DNA from: the human T2T-CHM13v2.0 reference genome, Homo sapiens
DNA length: 64,000 bases
Reading direction: 5' to 3' (one strand)
NCBI RefSeq assembly: GCF_009914755.1
Contig: NC_060939.1
Both the position numbers and the translations under genes were made by a program. Positions 10,991 to 24,160 of the stretch are shown here, piece after piece; positions within the stretch are counted from its first letter, which is position 1; each line of letters opens with the position of its first letter. The notes beneath the pieces are model-generated. The model was not told where the DNA came from. It searched no databases and saw only the letters and a list, made by a program, of their open reading frames with translations.

Positions 10991-12859
10991 CAGGCCCAGC
11001 ACTCCCCAGCCAGTGCTGTCATCTCTGTTCTGTTCACTCCTCCTATCCTGGCCACGAACCTACACTCCTAGGTCCTCCCCAACGCCGGCTCCTGCCCCAC
11101 CCTCACTCCACCCCACGCTCCACCCTGACCTCTCCAAGGGACCTATAGGTTGGAAATCCTCCAATTCCCAGCCCTCCTCTGGCCACTTGAGCTGCATATG
11201 CAGGTTGCCAGAAGGTTCTTGTTACAGGCCTTTGACCTGGAGGTCCCCTTGACCCACCTGGCTGAGGATAGGTGTGTGGAGCTTCCCAGGCACACGCTCC
11301 AACCTTTGGAGGAGTCAGCCAGCCTATACAACGCCTTCGTGTGAATTAGAAAAGGCTCCTCCTCTGGGCAGACACAGCCCATACCAGGGCTTGACCAGTG
11401 GGCCTAGGGTGGGTTTCAGGTCCCACTTGACCCAGCCCCCACCAGGTGCCTTTGAGCAGTGCACACACTGGACAACCTTCTCCAACAGGCCTGCCTGCCT
11501 CTGTCTTCCTGGAGGCCAGCCAAGCCCCCAAAAGTGTTCCAAGAGAGTAGAACTTTCATGAAAACTAAATGAGTCTCCCCACCTTTGTCCTCACCCCCGA
11601 CCTCAGCCCCCTCTCCCCAGTGTATATTATGAAAGGAAGAAGACAGACAGGAACTGAATTGCCCATGGGGACCACAGCAGCCCTTTCCTGGAGGGAGCAG
11701 GGGGCTTGGGGACCCAGCACCTAGGGGGCTAAGAAGCGCACCACGGGAGGTGGATACAGAAACAGCTAAAGCCAGAGGGCAGCGCCAAGCCAGACTCCAG
11801 TTGGCTGACCCCGAGGCCCAGCCCTGCCCCCTGCACATGGGGATGCTTTTGTCCCACTAGGGCTCGTGCCTTAGTGACTGTCACCTGTTGGAGGAGAGAG
11901 GCCTCATTCTGGAGAATGGAGAAGGAAGATGGGCAGGAGGAGGGTTGCTCCACCTGCTGGGGGATGCAGTGACACCCTCTGGCAATTCTCTGGGTGCTCC
12001 ATGACCAGCCACTGAGGACGATGACCATCTGGCCACCGGTTCAGCCACATCATCATTCTGTGACAATTTGCATGGCAGATGTCAAGCCCAGATGAAAGGC
12101 CAGTCTGTCTTCTATATTCCTCCTCTCTTCTCGCTCGCTGAAAACTCCCTGCAGAGGAAACTGGCTCTACCTTGGACCACGGGGCCCACGGACCTGTGGA
12201 GAAATTATTTTCTGTGGCTTTTCTCCACAGCTCCTTCCTCCAGCCTGCCCAAGCCTATGCGCAGTGAACCCAGGCACTCTCCTTACTCCCCACACCGTCA
12301 GCTTCCTGACTCCCTCACCGGCTCTCATCCCCCCACCACCCCCTGCTCCCCCACAAGGTTAACACTGCAGCTCTGGCATCTTCCTCCCAGGCAGCAGCCT
12401 TCTCAGGGCTTCCTTGCTTCCCCTCTCCATCTCTGCCAGTGTCACCAGCACCGTGAGGCCAAGGGGCACCAGGTGAAGGCCCTTACATCTTCTTGTCCTC
12501 TCCAGGATGTGAGGCGGGGGCAGGAGAAGGAGAGGAGAGTGAGGGGTGAATTGAGAAAGGCAGAAGGCAACAGTGGTATAGCTGGAGGCCCACCATGACC
12601 TTCCACACAGGCCCAGCCGCCCAGACTCAGCACCCTCCACAGCACGACTCCAGAGGCCCTCGGGTCCTGCCACCCAACCTGTGGACTGACGGCTGCGCCC
12701 ACGCCCGCCTTCCGCCCTCCTCCCTGTCTCCACCGCAGCAGTTTCCCTAACCCTCAGAGACCGCTCCTTCCATCAGCCCCTATCTGCTGCATCCCCAAGC
12801 TCCCTCCCTCTCTCGTGGCTCCTGGCCAACAGTGTTGCCACAAGTTCAGCCTCTTCTGG

Positions 12860-14205
12860 AAAGCATCCCTTTCTTGGCTTCCTGACCCCTTCCCGCTGTG
12901 GTCCCACCCCCGCTTTTCTTTCACAGCCAAACCTCTCACCTGGGGGCATCTACACAAGTGTTTCCCACTTCCTCACCTCCCACCTCCCTCAGTCTGGCTG
13001 CGGCCCCCTCCAGGCCGCTGAGGCTGGCCTCTGACAGCTGCCTCTGACCTCCTTGTTGCCAAATCTAGCGGACGCCCTTCCTCCCCCATCGCACGTGGGC
13101 TATGGACCCGGCCTGGCACTGCCGACACTTCCTCCTCCTTGACACACTTTCTGGCCTCAGCTGCTGGACACCCAGGCGTCACCGCTCTCCTCCCTGATTG
13201 TGGGCAGCTCAGCTTCCTCCTAGACGTGGGTGTTGCTTAGAGGGCTGTTCTGGACTCCCTCCTCTCTCACTCCACACCCTCCCTTTTGTTTTCACATCTT
13301 CACAGTGCCTTCTCTAAGATAATGACCCCCACATCATCAGCAGCAGCCTGGACATATTCCTTTGTGGTGGGACAAAGGCAGGCCCAGCCAGGGCCCTTCG
13401 GCTCACTCTTCCCAAATGGCTTCTGGGTCAGCCCGGAGCCCAACTGGGATGAAAGGCCCCTGAGGTCAAAAGTCATATTCTCTTCCCTTCTGTATCCTCA
13501 AAGGGCCCAGAAAAGTGCTAGGCAAAGCTTTAGGCCCCTGCTCTGTTGAAAAAACAGGTTCAATCCAAATAAAAACCAATTGCAATGTCAGAGACTTACC
13601 AGAGGCTAGGGTAAGTGTCCCCTTGGACAAGCCATGGTCCCCCAGGCACCTCACTCTGATCCGCTTCTGCCACAGCTATAATTCTGAAGCAAACCCACAT
13701 GCCACTCGCTGCATAAACCCCTCCATGGCTCCCCACTGCCTGTCCCCTCTGCCTGGGCTCTCCTGACAACCTGGCCCACTCTCCAGCCTCATCTCCCATG
13801 GCTCCTCTCCAGCCTCATCTCCCATGGCTCCTCTTTGAGCATCTTCTTTGTGCCCCAGAATGTGTGCTGTTTCCTAGACACACCCAATACTTTTTGGCCC
13901 TCTCTTTTATCTCCTGACAAACTTCTAACTATCCTTCAAGGCTTTCTCTAAAATGTCTCCTCCAGATAGCCTTCCTTGATTCCTCCAGCACACAGTGGTC
14001 TCTCTCTCCCCAGCACACTCTAAGAAGTCCATGCCCAACTAAGAGCAGGTGATGTTTGCCACCTTGAATGATAATGATCTGTCTCCCTGCTCTCCCCCAT
14101 GGAGAGCTCTCTGAAAACAGGCCCATGTCTTCTTTGTGCCCCCATCACTCAGTACCTGTCTTGGTTTGTCTTGGGTGAGTGGATGACGAGAATGAATGAA
14201 TGAAG
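12860..14205 (+). mobile_element. Fragmented L2 LINE (3' part)
   Basis: gacctccttgttgccaaatc, ctccatggctccccactgcc, aaatgtctcctccagatagccttccttga, ending in gaatgaatgaatgaa. Confidence 0.65.
13779..13830 (+). repeat. Perfect 26-bp tandem duplication
   Basis: ctctccagcctcatctcccatggctc at 13779-13804 and 13805-13830. Confidence 0.95.
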
Positions 14206-14214
14206 GGCCAGAGA

Positions 14215-14460
14215 GCACAGTGGTTGGGAGAGCAGGCTCTGGAGTCTGACAGACATGTGTCCAAACAGAAGCTCTGCAACGAACTGTGTACATGACTTAG
14301 GGTGAGTCATTTGCCCAAAATGGGCGTCAGTATCCTCGTCAATGCTCTGGAAGTACTCGTAGTCACTCCTCCATAAAGCTACTGCAAGAACTCAGTAGAA
14401 GCATGCATGTAAGATGGCTTTGCACAGAGTGGGCACCCGGCAAGCATTCCACAAACACAG
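14215..14460 (+). mobile_element. MIR SINE
   Basis: gcacagtggttgggagagcaggctctggagtctgacagac...tgacttagggtgagtca. Confidence 0.75.
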
Positions 14461-15079
14461 GCTCTTGGGGTTGTCATTAATCATTGTAGATATTCCCATT
14501 AAGAGGACGGGCAAGTGGAGGGTCCAAGGACATCTGGGGAGCTCGTCCATGGGAGATGCATGCCTCCTTATCTCAGCTCACTTCTTTCACTTCCCAAGCT
14601 CATCGGGCCATGTGCACCTGGGGTGACCTCAGCTCAGTTCATCAAAACCTGAACAAGTGCTCTCAGGGGCCAAGAGCACCACTCTCCTTGTCCTGAGACC
14701 CCAACCCTCTTTCCTTAGCATTTCTCTCTCTGCCCCAAGCCTGTATGAAGCAAAGATGGCTTTATAGTGCCTTGTAAGTCCTACAAAGGGAGCAGCAGGG
14801 GCTTCTCAGAGCTACCACCTCCTCGATCAATATCTCTTCTTCCACCCTCGAGGGCTCAATAGGACTCATTCAGCAAACTCTGGAGGGCCGACATCACCTG
14901 GACAGTGTCACTCGTGGGCCTGCTGTTTATTTTCCTCCCACTTTCTCTTGGTGCCTCCAGCTCTCACCGCTAACCTGCACCCCCATCCCCAGGTGGCAGC
15001 CAGTGTGACTGCTGGCCTCCCTGCAGCTGTGACCTCGGCAGGCATGAGGAGGAGGGCGGGCTGGGGCTCTGCCACCCTT

Positions 15080-15270
15080 CAGCTGGCTAATGTGGAGGTC
15101 TTAATGAATATGAATCGCCTCCTTCTCCACGGAGCTGGCCCCATCAGATTCCTTCACACCTCGCCGAGCCCAGAAAGGTTACTCAGAATTAAATGTAAAT
15201 CACATATTTACTGGTATGAATCAGATCATAGTGTCACTTTCTCACAACAGAGAATTTAATCACACTGCAG
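15080..15270. promoter_or_regulatory. Candidate conserved non-coding element
   Basis: Repeat-free AT-rich island with TAAT/ATTA cores (gctaatg, cttaatgaat, gaattaaatgtaaat, tttaatc) inside GC-rich flanks. Confidence 0.3.
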
Positions 15271-16013
15271 CCCCGAGGGCTTCTGCTCTCCTGGGGCCGT
15301 CCCCACCCCGTCGCCCTTGTGGGCCGCACCTGGGAAAGAAGCTGACTGCCCTCCCATGTCGGGGTGTGCATGGGGGTGTTCCCAGAGGCTGTGAAAGGAC
15401 AGTGGCCACAGCGGGAGACCTGACGCTGGTGTTCCCAGTCCTTTGGTACCCAAGTCACGGCTGCCTTCTAATATCATGTCAATCTGAAGCTGTCACGATG
15501 GGCTAGGCAGTGCTTCACATGCTGTGGACACTTAATAACTGTTGAGTACAGGAACGTCTCTCCTAAAAGGCTGCTGGCAGTCACCTCTCCTTCCTAGGCT
15601 CACTTGTGTTTCAGAAGCCAAGGGGGAAAGGAGAGAGATGCATGAAAGGTTTCACCCATGTTGCTCTGTGTTCAGAGGCGGCGGAGTGGAAGGAGAACTG
15701 GCTTTGGAGCCAGGAGGCCCAGCTCAGAGCCTGGCTTTGCCACTAGCTCTGCCAAAGGACGGCGGGCAATTCACGGTAACGGCAGCTTCTTTGTCTATAA
15801 AGCAGAGACACGATGCAGGTCCCACCAGCTCCACTGACAAGTTGCATGTGGAAGCATTTGCCTGCAGTAAAGTGCTTTGCAAATGTCAGGAGCAATGACC
15901 ATGAGCCCAGTACAAAGGTCACTGGACAATAAATAAAGGGGGCCAGATCTCAGCCTCTGATTCTCCTGCCTAATGGCTACATGGTCCTTAGGGTGAAGGA
16001 CCATGCAGCCATT

Positions 16014-16214
16014 TGAAAACAGGCTCATGTCTTCCCTGTGCCCCCATCTCCAGGGTGTGCACTGTCTGCTCAGTATCTGTCTTGATTTGTCTTGGATGAG
16101 TGGGGGATGAGAATGAATGAATGACAGGCTGGAGAGCAGAGTGGTTAGGAGAGACAGACATGGGCCCAAACTGAAGTTCTGCCACTAACTGCATGCATGA
16201 CCTGGAGTGAGTCA
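16014..16214 (+). repeat. Diverged dispersed copy of 14112-14309 (L2 tail plus MIR head junction)
   Basis: Colinear shared blocks: tgaaaacagg.., tgtgcccccatc, ctcagta.ctgtcttg.tttgtcttgg, gagaatgaatgaatga, gacagacatg, gtgagtca. Confidence 0.85.
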
Positions 16215-16785
16215 GCTCTCCTGCGCTTCAGGTTCACATTAGCAAACAGAAGTAATGAGGTCTTTTTTTGATGGAGAAAGGCTCAAATGAATGCCACAGA
16301 GACAGATCTCTGTACAGACTATAAGGTGCGGCACGCAGCTAGGGAGTTGTGCATGGCTCACTTCCCTCAGCCATGGCAGGATGCCAAGGACCTCTGCTTT
16401 CCTCAGGATGTCACAGTCCCTTCCCTTCCCAAGCCCATTTCTTTGGGGGCCAGTCTCCAGGCTAATGGCTGTGCATTTGGAGAGCTCTTTACAGTTTGCA
16501 AAGCATTGTGCACGGCAGGAGCATGCGGTGGACTTAGGAGGACACACTGTGGTGTTGGAGCTCCTTGGTGGCTTCCAGCTCTTCAGGTAGAAGCTTGCTG
16601 GGGATGTTGGTGCCCACTGGTAATCCACAAACTGAACGTGCTTCTCCAGCAGACATTGTCTCGGAGTGCCCTCCCCAGAGCTGAATGGCCTGGTTGGGCT
16701 TTCTTGACTGGAGAATTTCCTAACTGGGTAACTATTTTCCGGAAAACTGAGCCCACATTGTCTGCACAGGAAGCCAGTCTACATT

Positions 16786-16836
16786 GTGTGTGTCTCGTGT
16801 ATGTGTGTGTGTGTATGTGTGTATGTGTGTGTGTGT
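16786..16836 (+). repeat. Imperfect (TG)n microsatellite
   Basis: Read directly. Confidence 0.9.
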
Positions 16837-17019
16837 TTAACCCAAAAAACAGATGTAATTTCTTCATGTATCAGGAAGCCTCCCTTTTCGCAAATGTTAA
16901 GGAACACAGCTCCCTTGGGCATAAAGTCAAGGAGGTTTCTTTTTATAGCAGTCTCAGTCGCAGCTCTGGCTTTGCTTATGAACTCGAGTTAGGGAAATTA
17001 GAATTAAAATTCCACCCCG

Positions 17020-18130
17020 ACGAGAACACGGATTTGTCCTCCTGGGTCCTCCTACCCTCAGTGCCTCCACCGACACATATGAAGGCTCACAGAATGCCTT
17101 CTCCACCTACATGGCAGCGCCTACGTCAGTGACTCCTATCAAGGGTGGGCCCTACTGCAAAAGAGGTATGACAATGGGCACATGGCCATGGACTCCCCTA
17201 ATCTTCTTGTGTACCCATTACAGAGAAGCAGTGGCCCATGACAATGGTGAAATGGCCTGTGAAAGGCTGAGCTCAGGTGCTAGCTTGGGGACCACCCCCT
17301 GTGGGACTGGAGGACTGTCTTTAGCATGTTGTCTATGCACCTAACCAACAGGCAATAAATGGTGCTGTCTTCCTACTGCTGGAATCCATGGGTCTGGGAA
17401 GCCAGGGCTGAACGTCCATTCCCTGTTGCCATCACTCCTAGTGACCCTCTAGCAGGATTTACACTTGCCACAAACCTTAGGCTCTGTGAGGTTAGGGGTC
17501 ATGGTCCACAGACAGCCAATGTTTCTGTTGTGGGGCTAGTATTTCCTGCAGGTGACACTGTAAAGGTCCCACTGGATTTGAAGCTGTGACAGCTACCTGT
17601 CACTTTAGTTTTCTCGTGGACTAGCAGTGATGAAAGGAGTTACCATCCTGGCAGGATAATTCACCAGATTATTGTGAGGGCCAAGTCCTGTTGCTTTTCA
17701 CAGCAGGGATTCTCTGCGAGTCTCTTGGTGTTCTTTTGCCTGATGAAAGGGACTTGTGAGTCAGCAATTGCAGCAACAACAGCTCAATAAGAACAGGACA
17801 AGCCAAGGGCTCAGACCTCTTCGGGATGATGGTCTGAGTCATCCTGCTCAGTAAGCAGCACAGAGCAGACAAATTGCCGGTTGAGGGTGAGGGACATGGA
17901 GACTGGGGAATGGAGGGGAGATCTGATGAGTACCCATAAGGGCCTCAGGACAGGTGCAGGCACTGTGTCTTGTTTTATTAACCTCTTGCCTTAGGTCATC
18001 TCAGAGATCCCAAGGAAACTCTGTAGTCATTGGACTTGTACCCACTTCTTAGAGAAAGCAGGGACATTCAGTTCACACCAAACACAGAGGCCCCAGATTG
18101 TACGGGAGCTGGATGTGATGGAAGGGTAGA
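17020..18130 (+). mobile_element. ERV-L class internal fragment (HERV16/ERV3-16A3-like): decayed integrase core and dUTPase region
   Basis: 17086-17145 translates LTECLLHLHGSAYVSDSYQG (ERV-L: LTECLIHRHGIPHSIASDQG); after a frameshift TAKEV*QWAHGHG; ORF 17359-17589 contains ITPSDPLA and PAGDTVKVPLDLKL; KGVTILAG near 17635. Multiple stops and frameshifts. Confidence 0.85.
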
Positions 18131-18136
18131 TGCCTC

Positions 18137-19066
<930 letters not shown>

Positions 19067-19833
19067 AGATATTCAAGCCCCTTTAATCTTTGCCCCAAAG
19101 CAAGACAGTCAGTACCGTGATCCTCTCTCATTTTTGTCTTAGGAAAGTAAAGCGGAAAAAAGTTCAGTCCTTGATCCAGAACCAGATAACCAAGGCACAA
19201 AGACAGAGCTTGCGTCTGGCTCTGATTCCAAGCCTGGGGCTTGTTCCGGGGTGGGAGACTGCTGCCTCTGAGCAAGGTGGCATGTGAGAGGGTGCTGCAA
19301 AGGATGAGGGGAGGGGCTTAGGGGCTTACCCAGGAAGAGGGGAAGGGGGCAAAGGTTGGCTGGGGCAATGACACAGGGCCTGGTGAGTGTCATTGTGGCC
19401 AGAACAGGTTTCCTGGACAAGTAGTGGTAAGGTCAAGTCCCCAAGGTGGATTTTGAGTGCCTCTGAACAAAAGCATGGTGATGTTCAGAGGAAGTGAGTG
19501 ATCCAAGCTTAAGGCTAAGAGGATGTCTCTAGAGCAGCCTCCTTTATTTCTTATCTCTTGGAGTCACAGAAGTCCCAGAGTGTGACACAGAGGAGACCTA
19601 GGCCCCATGCCTGCCAGAGTTTCCCATTCTACGCTCCTGGGAACTCTTGTGCTTCAAAGGACTTGATAAAATTGCCATGAAAAAAAAAGCCTCCTCTTAG
19701 AGGGTCTGCAGGTACTCTGTTATAGGAAAGGCCCAAAGCACACATGTTGGACAATAAATAAATAATGGTAACAAAACCCTGATTAACTTGAATCCAGCAA
19801 ACTCATTAGACTCTGTACACTTTCAAAAAATTG

Positions 19834-20060
19834 CAACCTCCAATCCACCTCCTGGGTTCAAGCGATTCTCCTGCCTCAGCCTCCCAGCTAGCTGAGATTA
19901 CAGCCGTGCGCCTCCATGCCCAGCTAATTTTTGTATTTTTAGTAGAGAGGGGGTTTTGCCATGTTGGCCAGGCTGGTCTCGAACTCCTGACCTCAAGTGA
20001 TCTGCCCTCATCTGCCTCCCAAAGTGCTGAGATTACAGGCAGGAGCCACCCCACCTGGCC
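19834..20060 (-). mobile_element. Alu (AluS), lacking its 3' end and tail
   Basis: cctcctgggttcaagcgattctcc...gagccaccccacctggcc. Confidence 0.92.
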
Positions 20061-20699
20061 AAAAGCATTCTTTTCTGAATAACAAGTATTTCCATCTTTT
20101 TGCATACTGTATTCTACAGAGGAGTTATAGAATCGTGTTTGGAAAAACACAGAGCTAACCCAGTCCCCTCATTTGACTGTGGAGAAAAACCACAGACCAG
20201 AGAGGTGATTCAACTTATCCAGAGACACACAGCAGGAGCTCACACACATCCTGATTCCCCAACCGGGGCTCTTTCTTCGACCTGGGAGAAATTTCCACTG
20301 CGTGATTGTTGCCAAGCTATTAATGAAAATGAGACCTAAATTAGCTTCAGAAAATGAGGTTTTAGCATTGGAAAGTTTTTGACTATTGAAATTGTGAATG
20401 CAAATGAGTCTATGTGCTAGAAATCTGTTAGCAAGTAAGAAAGAAGCTCCACAAATTCCAGCCTTTGGAACCCGTGGGGCCTTTTGGAGCCTCAGTTTAC
20501 CCTTTTGTGAGGTGAGGTGGGAGGGAATAGGCCAGCCAATTACTAAGTAAGGTTCATCTCAGATGTAATGAGATTCTGCAATTTCAAAGACAAGTGTTGA
20601 ATAGCAGAGAGGTCTGGGGACCAGGGGTGGGGGAACCCCCTTAAGGAGGGGGAGACCAGCTGGCCCAGCCTCTGGCCTCTGGCAGACTTCTCAGCTGCC

Positions 20700-21000
20700 C
20701 ACTGAGGAAGGCTCTTTCCCCAGATGCAAAGTGTGCATCTCACATTAGCTTGCAAGGCAGCTCTGATTAGTAATTAAATGGTTTTTTAAAAAAAATAAAG
20801 CCATTAAAGCTAATGCCATCAAAATCAGAACCTCAGACGCTGGCTCATAATGATGAGTGTGCCTCACGACTCACAGGAGAGGACATTTACATTTTAACAT
20901 GCACATTGCACAGGCATTAATATTTCCCCCACCCACCCCTCCTCCCATCATTATGGAACCTGCTGATGAATCCATTTGTTTTCCAGCTTTACTCTGATCC
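20700..21000. promoter_or_regulatory. Candidate conserved non-coding element (homeodomain-motif rich)
   Basis: cattagc, tgattagtaattaaat, cattaaagctaatg, cataatg, cattaat, cattat within 250 bp; repeat-free. Confidence 0.4.
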
Positions 21001-21049
21001 TAGAAAAAGCAGGTCATCCTGCAAGAAGTCAATGCGGAGGGATGAAAAG

Positions 21050-21260
21050 AGGCTCTGCATGAAGTCGGCTTTAGCCCTGCCATGCCTAGATGTATAACTT
21101 TGAACAAGTGACCTAATCACCTTGGCAAACCTCATTTTGCTCATCTTTTAAATGGGGATAAGAATGCCCATCTTGTGGTGCTGTGCCAAGGATTGAATGG
21201 ATCAATGCATTCGTAAATGCAACTCATAGTCAATTCTTGTTAATGACTAGCCATTATTAG
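21050..21260 (+). mobile_element. MIR SINE
   Basis: cctcattttgctcatctttaaatggggataagaatgccc. Confidence 0.75.
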
Positions 21261-21544
21261 ACCTGGTACTTGGCATACCGTAGGCACTTATCCAATATGT
21301 CCTTAATTGAGCACCTACAGTGTGGGCAGTCCTATTGCAGGACACTGCTGGGGACCAGGGAGAGGAATGTGAGGGCTTCGAGAAGATACATTCTTCCTGG
21401 AAGACCAGATGAATGAACATAGAATCACTGGGCTCATCTCAGCCAGGGGCTCAGAGGCTGGCCTGCAGTGACAGGTAGTCACAGTTACAATGCTGTGGAC
21501 TGGGGAAGAAAGGTTTGCAGCCCTGGAGGGATGGGTGACATTCA

Positions 21545-21730
21545 TAGCACCTGGTACAAACCTGGCTTCATCCTGGGTGCTTTACACACTATCACTTTTA
21601 ATCCTCACAACCATCGCTATTTAACAGACAAAAAGCACTGAGTCTAGGAGAAGTCAATCAGCTTGTTCAGTACCACAGAGCTGGGAGGTGGAGGAGCCCT
21701 TGGTCAGTTGGGATCTGTGAGGTCAGCAGC
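21545..21730 (-). mobile_element. MIR SINE
   Basis: gtgctttacacactatcacttttaatcctcacaacc...taacagacaaaaagcactgag. Confidence 0.7.
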
Positions 21731-23189
21731 CCATTGTCTTTTCATGGTATCAGGCTTCCTGCTAGATAGGAGGAGCGACAAGTATCTGTACTGCCCCTTG
21801 GCTGTCAGGGTTGCAGAGGCAGAAAGGGCAGGTTTCAGAGGCTCCTGACGACAGGCTGCGATGCAGACTTGGCCCAGGAGGTCTGAGAGGGAACAGTTGG
21901 CCTCCATGGCTCACCAGACCTCACAGTCTTGCCTCTGAGACATAGTGACTCCCTTCATCCAGCGATTCGTCCTCCACTGGAGGCAAACCTCCTTGTCAGT
22001 CCCCCTGGCAAGTTTCTGTTGGCTGTGGAACCTGGAGTCTCCAGGCCCTCCCTCGACTTTTGCGGGCAGCCACTTGGAGAAGGGAGCCAGCCTGGTGAAT
22101 CTGGAACATAGTCCATTGCTGTGTGACTTTGGGTCAGTCACTTCCCCTCTCTGGGCCACCACTTCCTATTCTGTAAAATGAGAAGGTGGGATGAGACAAG
22201 CTCCAGGCCTAACTCTCTTATTCAACATGAGCCTTTGCATCTTCTGGATTTTTTTTTTTTTTTTTTTTTTTTTTTGTAAACCAAGTACCTGCGCTTGGTG
22301 CATTTGCTCAATGAGACTTTCAACTCTCATTATTTCCCCCTAAGACTTAACTGTCCAAGGGCTAAGAAACAAAAGTTTGGGTGCCTTTTAAGAAATATAT
22401 AAAATATCAGGGCCAGACAGGCCATTTTCAGACAGTCCCTGGGGCCTAGTCAGCTATTAAAGATAGAAATTATATATTCATAACACAGGATATTGCTGCT
22501 TGCTTATTTATAACTTGCTCCATTTCAAGAATATTTATTCTAGACGAGGAGGCTTGATAATTTTTTCATCTAATCTACTCCTCATAGCTCAGGGCAAAAG
22601 AAGAAAACAGCTCAATCGAAGGAGCAGCTTTCTATTACAAGCAGGTAAGGAAGGAACACACAGCTCCCTTTTCACAGGCCAGGAACCCAGCCAGGTTGCG
22701 GCTCTCAGCCCTGCTGCCCCTCAATCTGCACCAGCCCCTGGGGTGCCCCAGCCAGGACCTCACCATCCCTGGGCACAGTCCTCTCAGACAAGGCAAAACT
22801 CCACATGAGAATGGGTAAAACACATAGGCTCCAGGCCCCTCCTTTGACCCAGGAAGAGGCTGAGGCCCAGAAAAACCATATGTGCTCGCTCAAGGTCACA
22901 GGGACCAGGATACACATACACAGAGCTGGGGTGTGAACCCACTCACCCTGGTCTCAGGCTTGGAAGTCTTGAGGAGGGAAAGGGAGCTACTGAACCTACT
23001 ATGAGACAGTCTCTAGACTAGGTGACACATTAAGCAAGTCAACAAGATTTTATTGAGCACCTACTGTGCTAGACAGTGTGCTGGGGATTAAGGAAGAGGG
23101 GATGGGTGCTTCAAGGAAGGTTCCCTCGGAGAAGGCGAGAGCAAAGCACACTGCGTCACCAATTTGGACACCCTTCTCCCCAGTAGGTT

Positions 23190-23310
23190 CATCAGGATTA
23201 TTCCCACTGGACTGAGGACAATGAGGAATTGAGCCAAGGTAACAACACTGGTGAGGAAAGGATGGAGCCTGGATTTGAACCCACGCTGGTCAGATTCAGG
23301 AGCCACGCTC
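23190..23310 (-). mobile_element. MIR fragment
   Basis: gccaaggtaaca...ggagcctggatttgaacccac. Confidence 0.65.
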
Positions 23311-23711
23311 TTTCTGTAACCCCTGAACCCTCTCCTAGTAGAACCCCATACAACTAAGGCTCCCTCTCCCCCAGTTCCCGAGGACACTCAGGCTGTGAGC
23401 ACTGCCATCCCCTGCAGGCACCTGGAGCAGGGGTCCTAATGCAGAGAGAAAAACCCAATTCGCAGAGCCACTTTGTGATTGTTGGAAAAAGGCTATGGGC
23501 CGAGAGGTCGCTAAGTTCAACCTAAATGTAATTTCTAACTCCCATATACCACACACTTGCAGCAGGCACACATGCACAAACACATGCCAGGTCTGCCTGT
23601 CATGCTCCACTATCTGAACATCCTCAGTTACACATCCCCTTGTCCATCAGTGAGGCTGTAAAATCTATTCAGGATAAGAATCGCCAAAACTGAAAAAGTA
23701 TGTGTTTTGTG

Positions 23712-24160
23712 TCATTTATTCATTCTGCAAATATTTATTGAGCACCTATTACATGGCAGGCCCCAGGCAGACATGTGGGTTACGGGGTTGAATGGGGAGC
23801 AAAACTGACCCAGTTGCTGCCCTCCTGGAGAATGTGGTTTGGTAGAGGATCCGGATTCACGCCTGGAGCTCTGGGATCTGTGAGAGGTGGCGACTGGTGA
23901 ACTGGGCCTTTGAAGGGTCAGGAGAGCTCTAAGCAGTGAGCAGGAGTTTAGCTCAGCCAAGTGGGGAGCCGAGCAGAGAGAGCTGCACCCGCAGAGGCCC
24001 TACAGCCAGGGAGAGGGCTCAAGGGGAGGCCCCAGGCCAGACCAGACCTACAGGTCCTCCTACGCCACATTAGGGATTAACGTCTTTGTCATCAAGGCAA
24101 TGAGAAGTGATTGAATGAAGAAAGGAACAAAATTAGATTGGTTTTTAAAGTATGGCTGAG
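23712..24160 (-). mobile_element. L2 LINE 3' end
   Basis: tcatttattcattctgcaaatatttattgagcacctattac... Confidence 0.8.

Noticed and set aside
12626-12646. REST/RE1-like CTCAGCACCCTCCACAGCACG
   Set aside because: Lacks the critical central GG; a similar weak match near 35130 is just the L2 3' end.
16287-17132. 281-aa ORF
   Set aside because: No recognisable domain; crosses a MIR remnant, a (TG)n tract and an out-of-frame ERV-L fragment.
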